Shown here: positions 35,452-42,385 of the stretch, piece by piece
Position numbering within the stretch: the first letter of the stretch is position 1
Layout of the letters: each line of letters begins with the position of its first letter
Assembly (NCBI GenBank): GCA_031404695.1
Contig: JANNIB010000346.1
Coordinates: 155 to 64,154 of the forward strand
Reading direction: 5' to 3'
Origin: Acidobacteriota bacterium
GTDB taxonomy: Bacteria > Acidobacteriota > Vicinamibacteria > Vicinamibacterales > UBA2999
DNA: 64,000 nt
Notes under the pieces: model-generated
Told to the model about the DNA's origin: nothing
Seen by the model: only the letters and a program-made list of their open reading frames with translations
Database searches by the model: none
Translations under genes and position numbers: made by a program

Positions 35452-36389
35452 GCGCGCTCGACCTGTCGGTCAGCATCGGCTCGCTGACGATGCCCAACCC
35501 GCTCATCGCCGCCAGCGGCTGCTTTGGCTACGGGCTCGAGTACGCAGACCTCGTCGATCTGTCGACCCTCGGCGGCGTCGCCAGCAAGGGCCTGTTCCTG
35601 GCCGAGCGCACCGGCCACAAGCCCGAACGTATCGCCGAGACACCGTCGGGGATGCTCAACGCCATCGGCCTGCAGGGGATCGGCGTGCATCGCTTCATCA
35701 GTGAGAAGCTGCCGGAGCTGCGCGCCCGCCGGGCCCGCAACATCGTCAACATCTGCGGCACGACGCTCGATGAGTATGTCGAGGTGGCGCGCATCCTCTC
35801 GGACGCCGAAGGCGTCGATGCCATCGAGATCAACATCTCGTGCCCGAACATCAAGGAAGGCGGCATCCAGTTCGGCTGCAGCCTCGACGGCACCTTCAGC
35901 GTGGTGAGCGCGGTGCGCAAGGTGACGCGCCTGCCGATCATCCCGAAGCTGACGCCCAATGTGACCTCGCCGGCGTCTTTTGCGCGGGCCGCGGAGGACG
36001 CCGGCGCGGACGCGATCTCGCTCGTCAACACCTTCCTCGCTATGGCCATCGACGTCGAGCAGCGCAAGCCGAAGCTCTCGAACGTGGTCGGCGGCCTGAG
36101 CGGCCCGGCCATTCGCCCGATTGCCGTGCGCATGGTGTGGGAATGCCGGCAGGAAGTGCAGATTCCCATCATCGGCATGGGCGGCATCATGGAGGCGCGC
36201 GATGTGCTCGAGTTCATGATCGCCGGCGCCAACGCCGTGCAGGTGGGCACCGCCAACTTCGTCGATCCGTTCATCTGGACCAAACTGCTCGACGGGCTCG
36301 CCGACTACATGCGGCGCCACCAGATCACGCGGCTGGCCGACATCGTCGGCGCGCTCGACACGACCTCCCCCGCCAAAGCCCACGCATGA
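35448..36389 (+). CDS. pyrD: Dihydroorotate dehydrogenase catalytic subunit (class 1B)
   Basis: [41 protein letters not shown] and [12 protein letters not shown]. The start overlaps the pyrK stop (ATGA). Confidence 0.95.
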   Translation: MSALDLSVSIGSLTMPNPLIAASGCFGYGLEYADLVDLSTLGGVASKGLFLAERTGHKPERIAETPSGMLNAIGLQGIGVHRFISEKLPELRARRARNIVNICGTTLDEYVEVARILSDAEGVDAIEINISCPNIKEGGIQFGCSLDGTFSVVSAVRKVTRLPIIPKLTPNVTSPASFARAAEDAGADAISLVNTFLAMAIDVEQRKPKLSNVVGGLSGPAIRPIAVRMVWECRQEVQIPIIGMGGIMEARDVLEFMIAGANAVQVGTANFVDPFIWTKLLDGLADYMRRHQITRLADIVGALDTTSPAKAHA

Positions 36390-37090
36390 ACCCGATTCTC
36401 GTCGCCCTCGATGTGGACGCGGCCGCCCGGGCCCTGGCGCTGGCCGACCAGCTGCGGGGCTCCGTCGGCGGCTACAAGATCGGCAAGCAGCTCTTCACCG
36501 CCGAAGGTCCGGCCATCGTGCGCACGCTCACCGAGCGCGGCGACCGCGTCTTCCTCGACCTCAAGTTCCACGACATCCCGAACACGGTGGCTGGCGCGGT
36601 CGCCTCGGCGGTGGCGACCGGCGCGTGGATGGTCAATGTGCACTGCTCAGGCGGCAGCCGGATGATGACGGCCGCCGCGGAGGCCGCCGCGTCCACCGCC
36701 GCCAAGCTCGGCCGCGAGCGTCCGCTGGTCATCGGCGTGACGGTGCTGACGAGCATGGACCAGGCAGCACTCGCCGAAGTCGGCGTGACGTGGCCGGTGC
36801 TGGATCAGGTGGTGCGCCTGGCCAGGCTCGCCAAAGACGCCGGGCTCGACGGCGTGGTCGCTTCGCCGCTCGAGACCGCGGCCATTCGGGCGGCGTGCGG
36901 CCCCGACTTCGCCATCGTCACCCCCGGCATCCGCGCCGCGGCCGAGGTCGGCAAAGACGATCAGGCCCGCACCATGAGCGCGGCCGAAGCCGTCGGGGCC
37001 GGGGCCACGTATCTGGTGATCGGACGTCCGATTACCGGCGCCGCCGATCCGCGGGCGGCTGCCCTGCAGATCGCCGCGCAGCTCGGCTGA
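36386..37090 (+). CDS. pyrF: Orotidine-5'-phosphate decarboxylase
   Basis: [10 protein letters not shown]...[14 protein letters not shown]...LVIGRPI. The start overlaps the pyrD stop (ATGA). Confidence 0.95.
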   Translation: MNPILVALDVDAAARALALADQLRGSVGGYKIGKQLFTAEGPAIVRTLTERGDRVFLDLKFHDIPNTVAGAVASAVATGAWMVNVHCSGGSRMMTAAAEAAASTAAKLGRERPLVIGVTVLTSMDQAALAEVGVTWPVLDQVVRLARLAKDAGLDGVVASPLETAAIRAACGPDFAIVTPGIRAAAEVGKDDQARTMSAAEAVGAGATYLVIGRPITGAADPRAAALQIAAQLG

Positions 37091-37115
37091 GCGCCGACGG
37101 TCCTGAAACGACAAC

Positions 37116-37139
37116 GGGCCGGCCCCGAAAGGCCGGCCC
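37116..37139. terminator. Bidirectional GC hairpin between convergent pyrF and the OmpA-family gene
   Basis: GGGCCGGCC-CCGAAA-GGCCGGCCC forms a 9-bp stem. On the minus strand it is followed by GTTGTCGTTTC. Confidence 0.7.
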
Positions 37140-37163
37140 GCGCCATCTACCGATGAACCGCGT

Positions 37164-37751
37164 TTACTTCGCGGTGATGACGAAGTGGCCGCGGCGGTTC
37201 TGCTGCCAGCACGCTTCGTTGCTCTCAGAGCAGAAGGGCGTTTCCTTGCCCTTGCTGATGACCGTGATGCTGCTCTCGGGCACGCCGAGGCTGACCAGGT
37301 AGCCCTTCACCGAGTTCGAGCGGCGCTCGCCCAGGCTGAGGTTGTATTCCGCCGTGCCGCGTTCGTCGCAGTGGCCTTCCACCGTGATGCGCAGCGACGG
37401 CCACTTCTTGAGGTAGTCGGCGTTGGCCTGCAGCGGACCGCGGGCATCTTCACGCACGCCGTACATGTCGAGGTCGAAGTAGACGTCGGCGAGCACGCCC
37501 TTGGCATTCAGCCCGGCGACCGACTCCTGCGCCCAGAGTTCGGCTTCCGTCGGCACGCGCGGCGGCGCGGGAGCAGGCGGAGGCGGCGGGGGTGGCGGCG
37601 GTGGGGGTGGCGGCGGCGCGGGCGCTACCGGGGGAGGTGGCGGCGGCGGTGCGGGCGGCGGTACTTTCTTGGCGCACGCCTCAGCGAAGATCACCAGCGC
37701 GAAGCTGCAGATAATCGCAATCGCCGCGTGACGGGATGGCAAACGCATCAT
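37164..37751 (-). CDS. OmpA-family peptidoglycan-binding protein (Pal-like) with a proline-rich linker
   Basis: MMRLPSRHAAIAIICSFALVIFAEAC is followed by about 35 aa of Pro/Ala and an OmpA_C block ITVEGHCDERGTAEYNLSLGERRSNSVKGYL. An AGGAG RBS precedes the ATG at 37751. Confidence 0.85.
   Translation of the reverse strand: MMRLPSRHAAIAIICSFALVIFAEACAKKVPPPAPPPPPPPVAPAPPPPPPPPPPPPPPAPAPPRVPTEAELWAQESVAGLNAKGVLADVYFDLDMYGVREDARGPLQANADYLKKWPSLRITVEGHCDERGTAEYNLSLGERRSNSVKGYLVSLGVPESSITVISKGKETPFCSESNEACWQQNRRGHFVITAK
37557..37661 (-). repeat. Low-complexity CCN/GGN tract encoding a poly-Pro/Ala linker
   Basis: It encodes PPPAPPPPPPPVAPAPPPPPPPPPPPPPPAPAPP. The plus strand shows GGCGG/GGTGG reiterations. 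Confidence 0.9.
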
Positions 37752-37837
37752 GTGTCTCCTGCGGGCTCTGTAACTAATCGGTCGCATCGCCTGAGCGGCT
37801 CGACGTCTCGGAGAGTAAGCCGCGGCCTCGGCGGCTG

Positions 37838-40249
37838 TCAACGAAGAACCGACGGATTTTGGCCTGAAATCGGCTCGGCCGTACGTACGCGCACGCCCGG
37901 CACGAGGTCTACGGCGAACAGCCGCAAGCCAAGCCGCCGCCGATCGGCCGAACCGTCGCGCTCAGCCGGCGCGAAGGTCTGTGTGGTCGTCAACACCAGC
38001 CGTCCGCCGGCCGCTTCAATCGTGGACCCGAGCACGCCGACGCGGACGGTGAAGTCGGCGCTGAGCTCGACGCGGCCGAGCAGATGCTCCCCGGCGCGTA
38101 CTTCGAATATCGACCGCTGCGGAAAATACGTGAGGGGTGACTCGCCGCGCAGTTCCACGGTGAGGTCACCGGAGGTCTGTGGCACTTCGATCACCGCCCG
38201 CTCGCTCATCCAACGCCAGGAGCGACCGCGCGCACTGTCGAGTTCAGGCTCGTGGAAGCCGTCGCCGTAGGCCCACATCAGCACGCCGGGCGACTGCACG
38301 TCGAACTGCTCGACCGAGGTGGCCACCACCGCGCTGCCCGATACCGGCGCCGAGCGCACGCTGAGCGTGGCCCATACGCCCTCGCCGGCGAGGGCGCCGG
38401 GGGGAAGCGCTATCCGCCGCACGAAAAAGCCGGGATCGGGCGCCACCTCCCACGACTCGAGGTCGCGCCCGTCGAGGGCCAGGGTGAAGCGCACCGCGGG
38501 ATCGCCGGCGGCCCCGAGATTGCGCCCGCCGATGACGACCAGTGCCGCCTCGCGGCGGCGCCTCACGCTGGCGCTGACCGGCTCGAGGTGCGGACCGCGG
38601 CCCATCAGCCGTGCCATCCCCGCCGTTTCCGGCGTCAGGCTCCAGCCTTCCCCGGCGAACCATCCCGGCTGCGGCATCCGGATGAGCGAGACGTCTTCGG
38701 GACGCATGCCGCCGAACATCGACAGGCTGGGGACGTTCCAGGCGAAGTCTTCACGGGCGAGCCGGGCCTGCGGATCGATGAGCGCCAGGTCGGTGCGCCG
38801 TGGATCGGCCAGGAACCACACCGGACCGGCGGCGCCGGTGCGCCAGTGCCGCGCCAGTTCGAGCCATTCGCGGCGTGGCGGAGACGGCAGGCGCGGGCCG
38901 ACCTCGCGCGTCTCGGCTTCGAGCGGACGCTGCAGCGCCTGGTGCATCGCCAGGGTCGGCGCGGCGCCGGCGGCGACGTCGGCGGCGACGCGGTCGAAGA
39001 GGCGCGCCGTCGGGCTGCCCTGCGCGGTGTAGGCGCGCTGCTGCGGCACGGCGATGCTGAGGCTCCACGCGGCCAGCGCCACGGCCGCCAACGCGCCGGC
39101 GCGGCCGGCGGCATCGAAGGCCACGGCGGCGAGAAACGCCACCGGCAGCACCAGCGGCAGCGCGTAGCGCGAGAACACCGTGTCCTGGAAGGCGAGGTGA
39201 AACGCCAGGTACGGCAGGGTGATGGCGGCCACGGCCAGCGCCGTGCGAAGTTCGCGGGCCAGCAGCACGACCGCGCCGAGGGCCGCCATGACCAGCACCA
39301 CGCTGGCCAGCGGCACGCTGTCCCACGGCCACACGAAGGTCCGCATCAGCGCGAAGGCCGCCAGACGGGGCGTCGGGTTGAGATAGAGCATCTCCACGCC
39401 GGCGAAGTCTTCGCCCGCCTGCGAGCCGAGCGCCGCAAGATAGGCGTCCAGCCCGCCGCTGGCGACCAGTAGCGGGATACCCCAGGCGAGCGCGCCGACG
39501 GTAAAGGCGATGGCCGAGCCGAGCAGCGCGCCGGCCAGGCCGCGGCCCGCGCGGTCGGCCAGCACCAGGACCAGCAGCGGCGCCGTGAGCCAGAGCGTCT
39601 GCGTGCGGAAGCCCACGGCGAAGCCGGCCAGCAGCGCGCCGAGCACGATCATGCGGCCCGACGCCGCCATCTCGGGCGCGGTCAGGCGCCGCGAGCCGTC
39701 GTCGGCCGGATGCTGACGCCACCACGCGAGGCCGATGCAGGCCAGGGCCGCACAGGCGGCGGCCAGCCCCGGCACGTCGCTCATCGGACGGGCCGCCAGG
39801 TACCACGTGAGCGGGCAGGCCGCGACGAGCAGCGCCGTCAGTGCCGAGCGCTTGGTGAGCCACGGCTGGGCGGTGCGTTCGGCGCCGCCGGGGGAGAAGG
39901 TGGCGCTGACCCGCGCCGTCAGCCACACGAGCGCCAGCGCGCCGGCCAGCGACAGTGCGGCCAGCGCTCGCGCCTCCACGCGATCGGGGCGCCCCTCGGG
40001 CCAGGCCGCGCGCGTGACGGCGGTCGCGGCCTTGCCGAGCGCGATGTAGACGGGATATCCGGGCGGGTGCGGCCGATGCTGGCCCGGATCGAAATCGCGC
40101 ACGCCGAGCGCGAAGTTCACCGAATCGATGTCTTCGAGCGTGCTCGGCAGTGAGCCGAGATGACCGACGGCGACGCCGGCCGCCACCAGCAGCACGGCGA
40201 CGAGCGCCGCGCGGAGGCGACCGGGCGGCGCCGGCTGGTCGCCGGTCAC
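37838..40249 (-). CDS. GT-C fold membrane glycosyltransferase-like protein (GT39/DUF2723-like) with a C-terminal domain of about 320 aa
   Basis: EDIDSVNFALGVRDFDPGQHRPHPPGYPVYIALG is the DUF2723/PMT-like first-loop signature, followed by more than 10 TM segments. I infer a GTG start at 40249 that overlaps the larE-like stop (GTGA). The ORF track extension to 40546 overlaps the larE-like gene. Confidence 0.75.
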   Translation of the reverse strand: MTGDQPAPPGRLRAALVAVLLVAAGVAVGHLGSLPSTLEDIDSVNFALGVRDFDPGQHRPHPPGYPVYIALGKAATAVTRAAWPEGRPDRVEARALAALSLAGALALVWLTARVSATFSPGGAERTAQPWLTKRSALTALLVAACPLTWYLAARPMSDVPGLAAACAALACIGLAWWRQHPADDGSRRLTAPEMAASGRMIVLGALLAGFAVGFRTQTLWLTAPLLVLVLADRAGRGLAGALLGSAIAFTVGALAWGIPLLVASGGLDAYLAALGSQAGEDFAGVEMLYLNPTPRLAAFALMRTFVWPWDSVPLASVVLVMAALGAVVLLARELRTALAVAAITLPYLAFHLAFQDTVFSRYALPLVLPVAFLAAVAFDAAGRAGALAAVALAAWSLSIAVPQQRAYTAQGSPTARLFDRVAADVAAGAAPTLAMHQALQRPLEAETREVGPRLPSPPRREWLELARHWRTGAAGPVWFLADPRRTDLALIDPQARLAREDFAWNVPSLSMFGGMRPEDVSLIRMPQPGWFAGEGWSLTPETAGMARLMGRGPHLEPVSASVRRRREAALVVIGGRNLGAAGDPAVRFTLALDGRDLESWEVAPDPGFFVRRIALPPGALAGEGVWATLSVRSAPVSGSAVVATSVEQFDVQSPGVLMWAYGDGFHEPELDSARGRSWRWMSERAVIEVPQTSGDLTVELRGESPLTYFPQRSIFEVRAGEHLLGRVELSADFTVRVGVLGSTIEAAGGRLVLTTTQTFAPAERDGSADRRRLGLRLFAVDLVPGVRVRTAEPISGQNPSVLR

Positions 40250-41097
40250 GAGATCGGCCTGAGGAGCAGGGGCTCGTTCAGGCTGCCCTGCCGGTAGCCG
40301 CGCGGATCGACGTCCACCTCGGCGTAGCCGGCCGCTTTCACGCTGTCGACGATGCGGGCGGTCTCCGCCGGCTCGAGCGCGCGCGCCATTTCGTCTTTCC
40401 CGAACTCGAGGCGCGCGAGGTGTTCGAAGTGGCGCACCCGGAAGACGCGGAAGCCAAGCGCGCGGACCGCCTCCTCCGCGCGTTCGATCTGCTTGAGTTT
40501 GGGGGCGGTGACCTCGGTGTGGTGCGGGATGCGCGAGGACAGGCACGCCGACGCCGGAGCGTCCCAGATGGCCATGCCGAGGCCACGGGCGAGCGCCCGG
40601 ATCTCATCTTTGCCGAGGTCGACCTCGTCGAGCGGACTGATGACGCCGTGATCGCGGGCCGCCTGGCGGCCGGGCCGGTAGTCGCCGCGGTCATCGGCAT
40701 TGCTGCCATCGGCCACGGCAGCGAATCCGCGCGCCCGGGCGAGCGCCGCGAGTGTGCCGTAGAGCTCGGTCTTGCAATGGAAGCAGCGGTCGCCGGCGTT
40801 GGCGCGGTAGCCCTCGCGTTCGAGCTCCCACGTGGGGACCATCTCGTGCGTCAGCGCGAAATCGCGCGCCACGCCCAGGGCCTGCTGGCGGTGGTGCTCC
40901 GGGTAGGAGGCGCTGTCGCCGGTCACGGCGATGGCGCGCGGCCCGAGCACCCGGGCGGCGACGACGGCGAGGAACGCGCTGTCGATGCCGCCGCTGAAGG
41001 CGACCACGACCGAGCCGAGGGCCGCGAGACGGGCGTCGAGGCGCTCGGCCTTGGCGCGCGCCACGTCCGGATCCACGAGCACGGACGCGTCACTCAT
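40246..41097 (-). CDS. larE: LarE-family PP-loop ATP pyrophosphatase (ATP-dependent sacrificial sulfur transferase-like, TIGR00268-type)
   Basis: PP-loop VVAFSGGIDSAFLA, then DGSNADDRGDYRPGRQA and ASACLSSRIP (equivalent to the LarE sacrificial-Cys block), and a C-terminal RVRHFEHLARLE. Confidence 0.8.
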   Translation of the reverse strand: MSDASVLVDPDVARAKAERLDARLAALGSVVVAFSGGIDSAFLAVVAARVLGPRAIAVTGDSASYPEHHRQQALGVARDFALTHEMVPTWELEREGYRANAGDRCFHCKTELYGTLAALARARGFAAVADGSNADDRGDYRPGRQAARDHGVISPLDEVDLGKDEIRALARGLGMAIWDAPASACLSSRIPHHTEVTAPKLKQIERAEEAVRALGFRVFRVRHFEHLARLEFGKDEMARALEPAETARIVDSVKAAGYAEVDVDPRGYRQGSLNEPLLLRPIS

Positions 41098-41109
41098 CGC
41101 GGGCTCCGA

Positions 41110-41364
41110 TCAGTCTTCGTCTTCCTTCTCGTCCTCGTCGTCGTCGTCGACGTCGTCTTCCTCTTCCTTCTCTTTTTCGTCGTCATCGTCATCATCGTCG
41201 TCGTCGTCGAGATCGTCGTCATCGGCGAACTCGAGTTCGAGCGGCGAGTCATTCGAGACACGCAACAGCGAGCCGCACTCCGAGCAGCTCAACTCGTCGC
41301 CGATCTCGGCGTCGGCGCTGTCGATGTCGATCTCGGCGTCGCACTCGGGGCAATACGCGGACAT
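41110..41364 (-). CDS. LysW-like Zn-ribbon protein with a poly-Asp/Glu tail of about 38 residues
   Basis: MSAYCPECDAEIDIDSADAEIGDELSCSECGSLLRVSNDSPLELEFADDDDLDDDDDDDDDDEKEKEEEDDVDDDDEDEKEDED. It has two CxxC pairs in the LysW arrangement. An AGGAG sits 8 nt upstream of the ATG at 41364. The gene lies 12 nt upstream of the larE-like gene. Confidence 0.7.
   Translation of the reverse strand: MSAYCPECDAEIDIDSADAEIGDELSCSECGSLLRVSNDSPLELEFADDDDLDDDDDDDDDDEKEKEEEDDVDDDDEDEKEDED
41113..41226 (-). repeat. GAY/GAR trinucleotide low-complexity tract (acidic tail coding)
   Basis: The plus strand reads gtcttcgtcttccttctcgtcctcgtcgtcgtcgtcgacgtcgtc...cgtcatcgtcatcatcgtcgtcgtcgtcgag. Confidence 0.9.
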
Positions 41365-41509
41365 GCGGACCACTCCTGGGAAAACAACTTCGACACAGGG
41401 TTGCGCCCCGTCGCACGGGACGGCGCGCAGAGGCGCGAAGAAGTGATCGAATTATATGGGGAACCTGAGCTATTCTGCAACGAACTCGGAACCGAACAAC
41501 CACACAAGT

Positions 41510-42253
41510 ATGTCCACGAATCCGACGACTGCGAAATGCGTGGTCATCGCCGACGACAGCGCGTCGGTGCGCGATCGGTTCCGCACGGCGGTCGAGGGCG
41601 CCGGGCACCGGGCCATCACCGTCAAGAGCGCGGCGGAACTGTTCGCCCGCGTGCGCGCCGATCTGGAGCGCCTCGACCTGCTGGTCATCGACCTGCGGCT
41701 GCCCCACTGCTCGGGTGCCGAGCTCATCGGCACGGTGCGCAAGCTCGACGAAGGGCGGCTGCCGATCCTGGCCTTCAGCGGCACGGTGTCGAGCGCCGAC
41801 GAGGTGCGACAGCTGGCGGCCCTGGGCGTGGCCGGCTACGTGAACGAATACAGCGCCGTGCAGCACATCCTGCCGTCGCTGGCGCCGCACCTCTTCCCCG
41901 ACAACTTCAACCGCCGCGACAGCCCGCGCGTGGTGCTCGGCATTCCAGCGGCGTACCACGTGGGCGCCACCATCGCCGCCGCCTTGTCGCTCAATATCTC
42001 GCGCGGCGGCATCGCCATCCGCACGACCAGTCCGCTCGAGCCGATGACGAAGGTGCGGGTGCGCTTCCGCCTGCCGGGCTCGAAGAAGGACTTCGACATC
42101 GACGCTCACGTGCGCTGGAGCGACCCGCGCGCCGGCATGGGCCTGCAGTTCGATCGCGTCGACCCCGCCGACCAGGCCGCCATCGACGAGTTCGTCGACA
42201 GCCACTTCTTCCAGCCGCGCAAGCGCGAAGAAGTCGCGCCGACGGAATCCTGA
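41510..42253 (+). CDS. Response-regulator receiver domain fused to a PilZ (c-di-GMP-binding) domain
   Basis: REC blocks VVIADDS, LLVIDLRLP and ILAFSG. PilZ motifs RRDSPR (RxxxR) and NISRGG (D/NxSxxG). The start is uncertain (41456 or 41510). TTATAT at about 41451-41456 could be a -10 box. Confidence 0.8.
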   Translation: MSTNPTTAKCVVIADDSASVRDRFRTAVEGAGHRAITVKSAAELFARVRADLERLDLLVIDLRLPHCSGAELIGTVRKLDEGRLPILAFSGTVSSADEVRQLAALGVAGYVNEYSAVQHILPSLAPHLFPDNFNRRDSPRVVLGIPAAYHVGATIAAALSLNISRGGIAIRTTSPLEPMTKVRVRFRLPGSKKDFDIDAHVRWSDPRAGMGLQFDRVDPADQAAIDEFVDSHFFQPRKREEVAPTES

Positions 42254-42258
42254 TCGGT

Positions 42259-42382
42259 GCTGGGGACTAGGGGCTGGGGGCTGGGGCGTGCTCCTGTCGC
42301 GCCGGCAAGAAACACGTCTTGCAGGGAGGCGTTCCGGACCGCACGTCTGGCGTGGATGCCCCAGCCCCCAGCACCCAGCCCC
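42259..42382. repeat. G-run/C-run inverted-repeat element, copy B, between convergent genes
   Basis: Left arm GCTGGGGACTAGGGGCTGGGGGCTGGGG (42259-42286). Right arm CCCCAGCCCCCAGCACCCAGCCCC (42359-42382). The spacer is 72 nt. By hand alignment the arms are complementary at 21/24 positions. Confidence 0.9.
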
Positions 42383-42385
42383 GGT

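Noticed and set aside
37501-37731. 76-aa plus-strand ORF with a poly-Gly run.
   Set aside because: It is antisense to the poly-Pro linker of the OmpA-family gene and is a low-complexity artefact.
40246-41097. Initially considered a second queC-like gene because of the SGGxDS PP-loop.
   Set aside because: The overall pattern (DGSNADD..DYRPG, ASACLSSRIP, C-terminal RVRHF...ARLE) matches the LarE/TIGR00268 type, not QueC. It lacks the QueC C-terminal Zn-Cys cluster, which is seen in the true queC at 60260-60937.
40931-41446. 171-aa plus-strand ORF with a long poly-Ser run.
   Set aside because: It is the opposite-strand reading of the GAY/GAR tract and overlaps the larE-like start. The minus-strand Zn-ribbon ORF has an RBS, a recognisable fold signature and operon context.
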